A stretch of DNA of 64,000 nucleotides from Clostridia bacterium (GCA_045534225.1 JAZSJJ010000005.1:93712-157711), one strand, 5' to 3'. Numbered from the stretch's first letter, positions 8,624 through 17,255 are shown. Numbers and translations are program-made. Notes: generated by a model not told the origin, from the sequence alone.

Positions 8624-11029
8624 ATGTACGATAAAAATATAGATAAAAAATGGCAAGATAAATGGTATGCCACAGACGCATTTAGCGCAAAAGATAATAG
8701 TGATAAAAAGAAATTCTATGGACTTGTAGAATTCCCATACCCATCAGGTATAGGTCTACATATAGGTCATGTTAAAGCATATATAGGACTAGAAGTTATA
8801 GCTAGAAAGAAAAGACTTGAAGGATATAATGTATTATTCCCAATTGGTTGGGATGCATTTGGTCTTCCAACAGAAAACTATGCTATAAAAACAGGAATAC
8901 ATCCAAGAGTTGTAACAGATAACAACATTGAAAGATTTACAGAACAATTAAAGAAAGTTGGTTTCTCTTTTGATTTTAACAGACAAATAGATACAACAGA
9001 TGAAAACTATTACAAATGGACTCAATGGATATTCTTAAAATTATTCGAAAAAGGATTAGCATACAAAGATATAACAGAAGTTAACTACTGTCCAAATTGT
9101 AAAGTAGTACTTTCTAACGAAGAATCACAAGGTGGAAAATGTGATAGATGTGATGGAGAAGTAATCCAAAAAGAAAAAGAAGTATGGATGTTAAAAATAA
9201 CAGACTATGCAGAAAAATTACTTGAAGGATTAGACGAAGTGGATTTCCCAGAGAGAGTTAGAGTACAACAAGAAAACTGGATTGGTAAATCTACAGGTGC
9301 AGAAGTAGACTTCAAATTAAAAGACTTAGACGACAAATTAACTGTATATACAACAAGACCAGATACAATGTTTGGCGTAACATTTATGGTTATAGCACCA
9401 GAACATCCAATGATTAAAAAATATGCAGATAGAATTGAAAATTTAAGTGAAATAGAAGCTTATGCTGTAAACGCTAAAAAGAAAACAGAGTTTGAAAGAG
9501 TACAACTTGCAAAGGATAAAACAGGTGTAGAAATTAAAGGCATAACTGTAATAAATCCTGCAAATGGTAAAGAAGTTCCAGTATGGGTATCAGACTATGT
9601 AATGATGGGATATGGTACAGGAGCAATAATGGCAGTACCCGCACATGATACTCGTGACTATGAATTCGCTAAGAAATTTGGAATAGATATAATCCAAGTA
9701 ATTGAAGGTGGAGATATTTCTAAAGAAGCTTATACAGATATAGCAAACGGAACAATGATGAACTCAGAATTCTTAAATGGTAAATCTGTAAAAGAAGCAA
9801 TTGCGTCAATGATTGAGTATGTGGAAACAAAAGGATTTGGACATGCTAAGACAAATTACTTTATGAAAGACTGGGCTTTTGCAAGACAAAGATATTGGGG
9901 AGAACCAGTACCTATTGTTAAGTGTGAAAAGTGTGGATTAGTTCCATTAAAAGAAAGTGATTTACCATTAACATTACCAAAACTTGAAAACTTCAAACCT
10001 GGTCAAGACGGTGAATCTCCACTTGTAGAAGCAACAGAATGGGTTAATACAACTTGTCCATGTTGTGGTGGACACGCTAAACGTGAAACAGATACAATGC
10101 CACAATGGGCAGGATCAAGCTGGTACTTCTTAAGATATATCGATCCTAAGAATGATTTATCTTTAGCAAGTATGGAAAACTTAAAATATTGGTTACCAGT
10201 AGACTGGTACAATGGTGGTATGGAACACGTAACACGTCACTTAATCTATTCAAGATTCTGGCATAGATTCTTATATGATATTGGTGTAGTTCCAACTCGC
10301 GAACCATATGCTAAGAGAACAACTCAAGGATTAATATTAGGTTCTGATGGCGAGAAAATGTCTAAATCTAGAGGAAACGTAATTAATCCAGATGATATAG
10401 TAAACGAATATGGTGCAGATACACTTAGAACATATATGTTGTTTATAGGTGAATATGATGCAGCTGCTCCTTGGAATGATAATGGAGTTAAAGGTGCTAA
10501 GAAATTCTTAGATAGAGTTATGAGATTAGATACATTGTTAGTAGACAAGTATGAAACTGTAGATGAAGAATATGAAAGAGAATTAAACAAGACAATTAAG
10601 AAAGTTACAGAAGATTACGAAGCTATGAAATACAATACAGCAATAGCTCAAATGATGACCTTTATAAATGTGGTATACAAGAAAGGTGTAATTTCTAAAG
10701 AGGATTTAGCTAAATTCTTAATAGTATTAAACCCAACAGCGCCACATGTAACAGAAGAATTATGGAATAGATGCATAGATTCTACATCTATGATAGTTGA
10801 TGCTTCTTGGCCTACATATGATGAATCTAAGATTAAAACAAATACAGTTGAAATTGCAGTTCAAGTATGTGGTAAGGTTAAATTTATATTAGCTCATGAA
10901 GTAGGTATAAGCGCAGAAGATTTAACAAAACAAGTTTTAGCAGATGAAAGATTAAAACCATTCATAGATGGTAAGGAAATTAAAAAGACTATAATTGTTC
11001 CAGGAAGGATTGCAAATATAGTTGTGTAA
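8624..11029 (+). CDS. leuS: leucine--tRNA ligase
   Basis: HIGH motif (HIGHVKAY) and KMSKS motif (EKMSKSRGN); class I aaRS length of 801 aa. Confidence 0.9.
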   Translation: MYDKNIDKKWQDKWYATDAFSAKDNSDKKKFYGLVEFPYPSGIGLHIGHVKAYIGLEVIARKKRLEGYNVLFPIGWDAFGLPTENYAIKTGIHPRVVTDNNIERFTEQLKKVGFSFDFNRQIDTTDENYYKWTQWIFLKLFEKGLAYKDITEVNYCPNCKVVLSNEESQGGKCDRCDGEVIQKEKEVWMLKITDYAEKLLEGLDEVDFPERVRVQQENWIGKSTGAEVDFKLKDLDDKLTVYTTRPDTMFGVTFMVIAPEHPMIKKYADRIENLSEIEAYAVNAKKKTEFERVQLAKDKTGVEIKGITVINPANGKEVPVWVSDYVMMGYGTGAIMAVPAHDTRDYEFAKKFGIDIIQVIEGGDISKEAYTDIANGTMMNSEFLNGKSVKEAIASMIEYVETKGFGHAKTNYFMKDWAFARQRYWGEPVPIVKCEKCGLVPLKESDLPLTLPKLENFKPGQDGESPLVEATEWVNTTCPCCGGHAKRETDTMPQWAGSSWYFLRYIDPKNDLSLASMENLKYWLPVDWYNGGMEHVTRHLIYSRFWHRFLYDIGVVPTREPYAKRTTQGLILGSDGEKMSKSRGNVINPDDIVNEYGADTLRTYMLFIGEYDAAAPWNDNGVKGAKKFLDRVMRLDTLLVDKYETVDEEYERELNKTIKKVTEDYEAMKYNTAIAQMMTFINVVYKKGVISKEDLAKFLIVLNPTAPHVTEELWNRCIDSTSMIVDASWPTYDESKIKTNTVEIAVQVCGKVKFILAHEVGISAEDLTKQVLADERLKPFIDGKEIKKTIIVPGRIANIVV

Positions 11030-11079
11030 TGATAGAATGAAAATATAAAATGAACAGAAGATGAAAGAGAGGAAGTTAA

Positions 11080-12498
11080 ATGGGGTTAGAAACATTAACC
11101 GTTATTCTACTGACTTTAAGTGGACTGGCTATATTCCTACTGGGAATGTCGGCACATAGATTTGCTGTAAAAGGCCAAATGAAAGAGCATGCTGATGTTA
11201 AACAAGCAGCATATATAGATGCTCTTACAGGTCTTGAAAATAGACACAAGTTTAATAAAGTAATATCCGAAATGGTAAAACATGAAGATAAAAAATTTGC
11301 ATTATGTTTCTTGGATTTAGATGATTTCAAACATATAAACGATAATATGGGACATGATGCAGGTGATGAACTTCTAATTGAACTTGGAAGAAGATTGGTA
11401 GATAGCCTTGGAGAACATGGTAGAGTGTTTAGACTTGGAGGAGATGAATATGCTTTAATAATAACTAAAGCAGACTCAAAACTTGAAGTAGAAACAGTTG
11501 TAAAAAGAGTAAAAAGAAATGTTACAATGCCAATAAACATAAGAGATACAAAAGTAAATCTTGAGTATAGCTTAGGTGTAGCGATGTTCCCAGACGACTC
11601 GAAAGATAGTGTACAATTAGTAAACTTTGCAGATTCTGCAATGTATTATATAAAAAAGAGTGGTAAGAGCGATTACTATTTCCATAACCCTGCACTTAGA
11701 GCTCAAACAGAAAACAAAAAGAGGATGGAAAAAGAACTTAAAGATGCTTACCAAAATAAAGAGTTTGGAGTAGATTTCCAACCAAGAATAAATCTTAAGA
11801 ATCCAAAAGAAATTTGGCTTGAAACATTCTTGTTTTGGAACCACCCTGCAGTAGGAAAATTAAAAGCAGAGTATTTCTTAAAGTTTGCAGATTCAATTGG
11901 GCTAATAATTGGAATAGACGAAATAATGATTGAGCAAACACTTGCAAAACTAAAAGAAATACGTGAAGCGGGACTTACTAATGTAAACATGGCAATAAAT
12001 ATTTCGCTAAGACATTTCCAAAGAAATGACTTTATAGAAAGACTTTGTGCAATGTTTGAAAATCACAAAGAAGAAGCAAAATGTATAATGCTTCAACTTA
12101 CAAGTAATATAAAAATAGAAAAGATAGAAAACTACAAAGTAATGTTTGAAAAACTAAGAAAATACGGAGTAAGAATTTCTGTATCAAACTTAGAAATAAA
12201 ACATGAAGTATTAGATATGTTCCATAGATTAAATGTTGATGAAGTAAAAGTAAGTGCAAGCTTCTTAGATTCAAATAGCATATTTAAGGAAAGTGTATTA
12301 AAAGATATAGTAACACTTTCTAAAGATCTTGGATATCAAGTAGTAATAACAAGAATAGAAGATGAAAATACACTTCAAAAAGTACTTAAATTAAAGGTAG
12401 ATATGGTACAAGGAAACTACCTTGCAAATGTAGTTGAAAGCGATAAATTAGTGCCATTCTTAAAAGAAGAAGTAATGAAAGTGTTAAGTAAAAAATAA
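11080..12498 (+). CDS. GGDEF-domain diguanylate cyclase with a C-terminal degenerate EAL-like domain and N-terminal transmembrane helices
   Basis: RLGGDEY motif (an intact GGDEF variant). The C-terminal region has the QPRINL core of an EAL domain but lacks the EAL and DDFGTG catalytic signatures. Confidence 0.7.
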   Translation: MGLETLTVILLTLSGLAIFLLGMSAHRFAVKGQMKEHADVKQAAYIDALTGLENRHKFNKVISEMVKHEDKKFALCFLDLDDFKHINDNMGHDAGDELLIELGRRLVDSLGEHGRVFRLGGDEYALIITKADSKLEVETVVKRVKRNVTMPINIRDTKVNLEYSLGVAMFPDDSKDSVQLVNFADSAMYYIKKSGKSDYYFHNPALRAQTENKKRMEKELKDAYQNKEFGVDFQPRINLKNPKEIWLETFLFWNHPAVGKLKAEYFLKFADSIGLIIGIDEIMIEQTLAKLKEIREAGLTNVNMAINISLRHFQRNDFIERLCAMFENHKEEAKCIMLQLTSNIKIEKIENYKVMFEKLRKYGVRISVSNLEIKHEVLDMFHRLNVDEVKVSASFLDSNSIFKESVLKDIVTLSKDLGYQVVITRIEDENTLQKVLKLKVDMVQGNYLANVVESDKLVPFLKEEVMKVLSKK

Positions 12499-12538
12499 CA
12501 TGTAAAAAATATTACAAAAAGTATTAAAAATATTAAAA

Positions 12539-12574
12539 AAGGTGTTGACAAAACACCTTTTTAATATTATAATA
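12539..12574 (+). promoter_or_regulatory. terminator hairpin overlapping a consensus sigma-A promoter (TTGACA-17-TATAAT) of the tRNA operon
   Basis: Hairpin aaggtgtt-gaca-aacacctt followed by T's. TTGACA at 12545-12550 sits in the loop, and TATAAT is at 12568-12573. Confidence 0.6.
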
Positions 12575-12592
12575 CTAGTTGTCAGCAAGAGT

Positions 12593-12668
12593 GGGCGCAT
12601 AGCTCAGTTGGGAGAGCATCTGCCTTACAAGCAGGGGGTCATAGGTTCGAGCCCTATTGTGCCCACCA
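12593..12668 (+). tRNA. tRNA-Val (anticodon TAC)
   Basis: Cloverleaf parsed by hand. 7-bp acceptor stem gggcgca / tgtgccc, anticodon loop cttacaa, encoded CCA end. Confidence 0.85.
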
Positions 12669-12676
12669 CTTTTTTT

Positions 12677-12753
12677 GGCCTGGTAGTTCAGTTGGTTAGA
12701 ACGCCGCCCTGTCACGGCGGAGGTCGTGGGTTCGAGTCCCATCCAGGTCGCCA
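12677..12753 (+). tRNA. tRNA-Asp (anticodon GTC)
   Basis: Acceptor stem ggcctgg / ccaggtc, anticodon loop ctgtcac, T-loop ttcgagt, CCA end. Confidence 0.85.
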
Positions 12754-12766
12754 TTTTTTTATATAC

Positions 12767-12842
12767 GGCCAGATAGCTCAGTTGGTAGAGCAGGGGACTG
12801 AAAATCCCCGTGTCGGCGGTTCGATCCCGTCTCTGGCCACCA
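12767..12842 (+). tRNA. tRNA-Phe (anticodon GAA)
   Basis: Acceptor stem ggccaga / tctggcc, anticodon stem-loop gggga-ctgaaaa-tcccc, CCA end. Confidence 0.85.
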
Positions 12843-12844
12843 AT

Positions 12845-12920
12845 GCGGGAATAGCTCAGTTGATAGAGCGTCGCGTTGCCAACGCGAAGGTCGCGGGTTT
12901 GAGCCCCGTTTCCCGCTCCA
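12845..12920 (+). tRNA. tRNA-Gly (anticodon GCC)
   Basis: Acceptor stem gcgggaa / ttcccgc, anticodon loop ttgccaa, CCA end. Confidence 0.85.
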
Positions 12921-12950
12921 CTAAGACATTACAAGATGTCTTTTTTTTAT
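12921..12950 (+). terminator. rho-independent terminator of the tRNA operon
   Basis: Hairpin aagacat-tacaag-atgtctt followed by eight T's. Confidence 0.75.
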
Positions 12951-13109
12951 GCCTAAATAAAATAGTGGATGTGGAAGTATATAGCAAGTAGTAACCACCA
13001 TACATAAATGTGTATGGTGGTTTTGTTATATAAATAAAGTTAAAAATATTGATAAAAAAGAGAATATGTAATAGTATAGATATATGGTAAAAGAAAAGGG
13101 GAGAAACAA

Positions 13110-14465
13110 ATGAAAAAAGGAATATCTTTAATAGTATTAGTAATAACTATAATAGTAATGATAATCTTAGCAGCAAGTGTAGTAATAACGATTAGCAATA
13201 CAGGGATAATAGATAAAGCAAATCAAGCAGTAGATTTATCTAACGAAAGACAAGTGCAAGATTTAGCTTCGATGATTTGGGCAGAGGTATATCTAGATGA
13301 ATCAAGAACGGATTCGATTGAAAAAGTAGTTAAAGATAAATTAGCAGATCAAGGTATAACTGATGAAAATTGGGATATAGTAGTATCTGGGACAGGAGTA
13401 TCTGTTACTACTAAGAAAGAGTCCGAGTGGCCAATTACTTGGAACATGGCGGAAATTACAAATAATATTTCAATAGATATTGGAGGCGGAATGCTATACA
13501 AAGTATCTGATGTAATGCTAACTGAAGGCCAGATGGCAGGAGCTGTAATATCTATGTCATCGGTTAGTATTATTTGCGCACCGTATTTTAATGAAGAGAA
13601 CATAAATGTTTATGCGGCTCTTGATGAAACATCTACATACCAATTAATACTGTTTGTTGTCGAAAAAGCTGGAGCTGTATGTCAACAATTTGGAGGAATC
13701 GTTTTCGAGGAATCGGGAATTTATGTGGCAGATGCGGGTGGAAATTTAGAAGGCCAAGATGTTAATTTATCATTAAATATCCAAAGTGGAATCTATGAAG
13801 AAACAATAACAGATTCATGGAGTGAAATCAAAACATATGTTGATAATGGGACTTATAAATCACATTATAAGTTGGGAGATACGAAAGGAATTAAATGCTT
13901 AGATGGTCGAACCATTTTAGTGGAAATTGTAGCATTTGATGCAGATGCTAAAGCCGATGGGACAAAGGCGTCAATTACATGGATGACAAAAAATATAGTA
14001 AACACTGGTTCGATGAATTCAACAGATACAGTTGTAGGTGGTTGGAAAGATAGTGAAATGCGTAATTGGCTACAGAATGATTTTTATGCTATTTTACCAA
14101 GTGAGGTAACAAGTTCTATTGTGTTAGTAGATAAGACATATTATGATTTTGATACTCGCTCTACATTATCTTGTTTGGATTCTCTATGGCTTCCATCTCG
14201 TCACGAAGTGTTTAGTGAAGAAACTGATACAGGTGCTTATCGTGAAGCTTCGGGAGTAGATTATAGTAGCTATTTTACAAGTAATAAAATAAGAATGAAA
14301 AAGTATAATGGATTACCACTACCTTGGTGGTTGCGTTCTAGTACAGGATTTTCGAATAGTGGAAAAGGGTTTAGTTTTGTTGAGGAAAGTGGCAAAATGT
14401 GTGGTTCAACTTCAGCTACAAGGGCGAACGATGTTTTGGGAATTGTTTTTGGATTTTGTATGTAA
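13110..14465 (+). CDS. pilin-like N-terminal domain protein, paralog 2
   Basis: AGGGGAG RBS. The N terminus MKKGISLIVLVITIIVMIILAASVVITISNTGIIDKANQAVDL is nearly identical to paralog 1. A C-terminal Cys pair is present. Confidence 0.55.
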   Translation: MKKGISLIVLVITIIVMIILAASVVITISNTGIIDKANQAVDLSNERQVQDLASMIWAEVYLDESRTDSIEKVVKDKLADQGITDENWDIVVSGTGVSVTTKKESEWPITWNMAEITNNISIDIGGGMLYKVSDVMLTEGQMAGAVISMSSVSIICAPYFNEENINVYAALDETSTYQLILFVVEKAGAVCQQFGGIVFEESGIYVADAGGNLEGQDVNLSLNIQSGIYEETITDSWSEIKTYVDNGTYKSHYKLGDTKGIKCLDGRTILVEIVAFDADAKADGTKASITWMTKNIVNTGSMNSTDTVVGGWKDSEMRNWLQNDFYAILPSEVTSSIVLVDKTYYDFDTRSTLSCLDSLWLPSRHEVFSEETDTGAYREASGVDYSSYFTSNKIRMKKYNGLPLPWWLRSSTGFSNSGKGFSFVEESGKMCGSTSATRANDVLGIVFGFCM

Positions 14466-14474
14466 TTAAAAAAA

Positions 14475-14510
14475 ATAACGGTATGAGCTTGTCATACCGT
14501 TATTTTTAGT
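14475..14510. terminator. bidirectional terminator
   Basis: Hairpin aacggtatga-gctt-gtcataccgtt with A-runs and T-runs on both sides, lying between convergent genes. Confidence 0.65.
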
Positions 14511-14529
14511 TTTGTATTTAATTATCTAA

Positions 14530-15162
14530 TTAAAATCTATAAATCACATTTCTAAGTAGCATTAGTATATAAATTACTACTCCGATTGCAACTAGTACAG
14601 ACATGCCCTTAAGCTTGAATTTAGGCACTTTAAACTTGTATATGAAAAAGAATGCAATTACAAGGAAAAGTACTGTAAAAAGTATACTAGCGAGCGTTTC
14701 AACACGAGATATAATTGGAAATAGTAATGGGAGAATTAAAGCTACAGATGTAACTGGTAATCCTTCATAACTTTTTCTAGCTTCTGTTGTTTGTTCTTGG
14801 CGTTCATCTTCCATAACATTAAAGTATGCTAGTCTAATTAAAGCTGCTAGTGAGAATATTCCGTAAGAAATTAACGCATACCATTCTTTTACGCCGGTTG
14901 TATATACTATTACCACTGGAAGTATTCCGTAGCAAACAAAATCTGCTAAAGAATCTAGTTGTATTCCAAATTTCTTTTCCTTATCTGTTCTATCTTTTTT
15001 TGTTCTTGCTACTAATCCATCAAACATATCGCAAAAGCCTGCAAACATTAATGTTCCTAGCGCAAATATTGGATGTCCTTCTATTGAAGCAAATATTCCA
15101 AGTAGGCCAGATATTAGCCCCATATATGTTAAAATTACAGTGTAATTATAATACCCTATCAC
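14530..15162 (-). CDS. pssA: CDP-alcohol phosphatidyltransferase family protein (likely CDP-diacylglycerol--serine O-phosphatidyltransferase)
   Basis: D-x2-DG-x2-AR ... G-x3-D-x3-D signature (CDMFDGLVAR...GIQLDSLADFV) in a polytopic membrane protein. Confidence 0.65.
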   Translation of the reverse strand: MIGYYNYTVILTYMGLISGLLGIFASIEGHPIFALGTLMFAGFCDMFDGLVARTKKDRTDKEKKFGIQLDSLADFVCYGILPVVIVYTTGVKEWYALISYGIFSLAALIRLAYFNVMEDERQEQTTEARKSYEGLPVTSVALILPLLFPIISRVETLASILFTVLFLVIAFFFIYKFKVPKFKLKGMSVLVAIGVVIYILMLLRNVIYRF

Positions 15163-15270
15163 TTAAGTTTCCTCCGTTTATGTAACAGTGCAATTGTACA
15201 CCTTAAGGTAGTAGATGTCAAGAAATATAATAAGTGAGAATATGTGAGAAAATTTAAGTTAACATAACTA

Positions 15271-15299
15271 TTGACAAAAGGTGGAAAATGAGTTATAAT
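15271..15299 (+). promoter_or_regulatory. consensus sigma-A promoter (TTGACA-17-TATAAT)
   Basis: Perfect -35 and -10 hexamers with a 17-nt spacer, about 55 nt upstream of the first Spo0A-C-like gene. Confidence 0.6.
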
Positions 15300-15353
15300 A
15301 TTAAATGTAGACGCGAGTTTACAGAATTTTATAATTAAAATGGAGGACGTGTG

Positions 15354-15818
15354 ATGTACATAATTGTCACAACCAACAAAGCACTGGCCGAGGAGGCAAA
15401 GAAAAGAGGAGCGAACGTTTTTGAGGACGTTCAGGTAGCAGAGCCCGTTACCCGGTTCGTAAACCAGACCTATGGCGAAGGTGAGATGAAGGTTATCAAC
15501 CTCATGACATCTCTTGCAATCAAGCCCAATCTCAAGGGTTATGATTACATCAAGTATATCATGACGAGCTGCGCAAATGATCCCAAGTATCATCACAGAA
15601 GCATGACCAAGGAAATCTATCCCACATGCGCACGAGAGTTCGATACTACTCCTTCGAGAGTTGAAAGAGCAATCAGACATGCGCTTGAGAGAAGTTTCCA
15701 GGATGTACCTGAGAGATACTTCCAGATCTTCAACAGAGATCTTACCGAGCAGCCGACCAATTCTGAGTTCATCAGCATGATGAGTCAGTATCTTCACAAG
15801 CCGGTAGCCGCTGTGTAA
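15354..15818 (+). CDS. receiver-less Spo0A C-terminal (DNA-binding) domain protein, paralog 1
   Basis: Residues ~60-154 align along their whole length with the Spo0A C-terminal domain (KGYDYIKYI ... YP..A.EFDTTPSRVERAIRHALE ... PTNSEFISMM, versus B. subtilis KGYLYLREAI ... TTASRVERAIRHAIE ... PTNSEFIAMV). There is no CheY-like receiver domain. GC is about 47% against about 30% around it. GGAGG RBS. Confidence 0.75.
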   Translation: MYIIVTTNKALAEEAKKRGANVFEDVQVAEPVTRFVNQTYGEGEMKVINLMTSLAIKPNLKGYDYIKYIMTSCANDPKYHHRSMTKEIYPTCAREFDTTPSRVERAIRHALERSFQDVPERYFQIFNRDLTEQPTNSEFISMMSQYLHKPVAAV

Positions 15819-15849
15819 ACAGCAAAAACAAACGCTAAACTACTACGCA

Positions 15850-15880
15850 AAAGGGCACCCAATCTTGGGTGCCTTTTAAT
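15850..15880 (+). terminator. rho-independent terminator
   Basis: Hairpin aaagggcaccca-atct-tgggtgccttt followed by T's. Confidence 0.75.
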
Positions 15881-15916
15881 GTACAAACTACAAGAAGATG
15901 AAACACTGGAGGAGAA

Positions 15917-16492
15917 ATGTACATAATTTTAACCAATAATGGTAATCTTGAAAACTATGTAGGAAAGCTTGGTACAACAGCTTTTATGATTCCAAATAGC
16001 ATAAGAAAAGAACGGTATAACAATGAAGGTTTGGTAACAAGCATAAATCGAGGTATCGCAATAATTGCATTGGTAGATGGTGCTAAGGTGTATGAAACTG
16101 TAACTATGCAAGGATTTTTTCCTAAATATGAAACGCGAGAAGACCTTGTAGATAAGCTTATTGACGAGCTTTTTGAAGCTTTATCAATGCGTAAAAACAT
16201 GAAGGGTTATGATTACCTTAAATATATGCTTAAGCAGTATGTTGAGGATGATAATAGCTACTTAAAGTTTGTTTGCAGTGAGGTTTATCCAGAGTGTGCG
16301 GATGTTTTTCATGTTAGCGCAAATACAGTAAGTAAAAATACCAAGGATCTTATCAAGTACAGCTATGAAAGAAATGCTATGAAGTATGAAGTGTTGTTTG
16401 CTCATACAGGTATCGCACCACTTACAGAAGCACCTAAACCTAGTGCATTTTTACCTGTTATAGGTGGAAAGATTCGTGCACTCATAATTTAA
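15917..16492 (+). CDS. Spo0A C-terminal-domain-like protein, paralog 2 (diverged recognition helix)
   Basis: KGYDYLKYMLKQ ... VYPECADVFHVSANTVSKNTKDLIKYS is in register with the Spo0A_C core. It shares the N-terminal motif MYIILTNN with paralog 1 and the C-terminal motif IGGKIR with paralog 3. GGAGGAG RBS. Confidence 0.6.
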   Translation: MYIILTNNGNLENYVGKLGTTAFMIPNSIRKERYNNEGLVTSINRGIAIIALVDGAKVYETVTMQGFFPKYETREDLVDKLIDELFEALSMRKNMKGYDYLKYMLKQYVEDDNSYLKFVCSEVYPECADVFHVSANTVSKNTKDLIKYSYERNAMKYEVLFAHTGIAPLTEAPKPSAFLPVIGGKIRALII

Positions 16493-16502
16493 CAGCATAA
16501 TT

Positions 16503-16536
16503 AAAAGGCAACGTTTATGTAACGTTGCCTTTTGCT
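16503..16536 (+). terminator. rho-independent terminator
   Basis: Hairpin aaaggcaacgtt-tatgt-aacgttgccttttg. Confidence 0.75.
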
Positions 16537-16540
16537 TTAT

Positions 16541-16569
16541 ATTGACAAATTCAGTAAAAAGAGTATAAT
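16541..16569 (+). promoter_or_regulatory. consensus sigma-A promoter (TTGACA-17-TATAAT)
   Basis: Perfect hexamers immediately after the preceding terminator and about 48 nt before the ATG at 16618. Confidence 0.6.
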
Positions 16570-16617
16570 ACTTATGCGTACTTTATATAACAAAATTTTA
16601 ATAAATTGGAGGGAAAG

Positions 16618-17211
16618 ATGAAATCGTACGTTATTGTTACACGGAATATGAATCTTATCAGATGTACTGTTCCGCCAGAAGAAATGTTGCCCGTAGATGA
16701 GGAATGCAGGAAAAAAATGAAGCTTGATGCTGATGTGATCATTTTAGATCACGATCAAGATTTTGCTTTTTTGGCATTTATGGAAGGCTCTAAGGTTTAC
16801 GAAGCTCGTACAAACAAGAAGCTTGTTCCGGAATACGAAACAGAAGAGGAGCTTGTAGAAAAGATGGTAGAGCTTCTTCTTAAGGTTCTGGAAATTGACC
16901 AGAACGAAAAGGGGTATGCATATCTTAAATATATGCTTAAGCTTCATGTGGAAGACCTTGATTACAATTCCGAAACTATGGGAGATGTGGTCTATCCGGA
17001 CTGTGCTAAACATTTCGGTGTAAGCCCGAGAACTGTATCCAAACATGCAAATCGTGTTCTTAGGGATAGCATTGCAAAGAACAAGTATAGACATATTGCT
17101 CTTTGGGACAGTATGGTTGTAGTGGAAGCGGTTGAAAAGCTGAACGTTGCTGGCTTCCTTGTTATTGCAGGCGAGAAAATCAGAACCGTTATTCGTAACA
17201 ATTTAAACTAA
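16618..17211 (+). CDS. Spo0A C-terminal-domain-like protein, paralog 3, with a degenerate receiver-like N-terminal region
   Basis: EKGYAYLKYMLKLHVEDL ... VYPDCAKHFGVSPRTVSKHANRVLRDS matches the Spo0A_C core. The N terminus (YVIVTRN ... DADVIILDHD) resembles a receiver domain that has lost its acidic pocket. GGAGGG RBS. The ATG at 16618 is preferred over the upstream TTG. Confidence 0.6.
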   Translation: MKSYVIVTRNMNLIRCTVPPEEMLPVDEECRKKMKLDADVIILDHDQDFAFLAFMEGSKVYEARTNKKLVPEYETEEELVEKMVELLLKVLEIDQNEKGYAYLKYMLKLHVEDLDYNSETMGDVVYPDCAKHFGVSPRTVSKHANRVLRDSIAKNKYRHIALWDSMVVVEAVEKLNVAGFLVIAGEKIRTVIRNNLN

Positions 17212-17214
17212 AAC

Positions 17215-17255
17215 AAAAACAGACAACATTTATATAATGTTGTCTGTTTATTTCT
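17215..17255. terminator. bidirectional terminator between the Spo0A-like array and pheT
   Basis: Hairpin aaacagacaacatt-tatat-aatgttgtctgttt. Confidence 0.7.

Noticed and set aside
12542-12991. 149-aa ORF in the six-frame track
   Set aside because: It runs straight through four tRNA genes with perfect cloverleafs (Val, Asp, Phe, Gly). It is a spurious reading frame.
14850-15797. ORFs 14850-15185 (+) and 15159-15797 (-)
   Set aside because: They are antisense to pssA and to the first Spo0A-C-like gene. Both sense genes have homology support and an RBS, and the antisense ORFs have neither.
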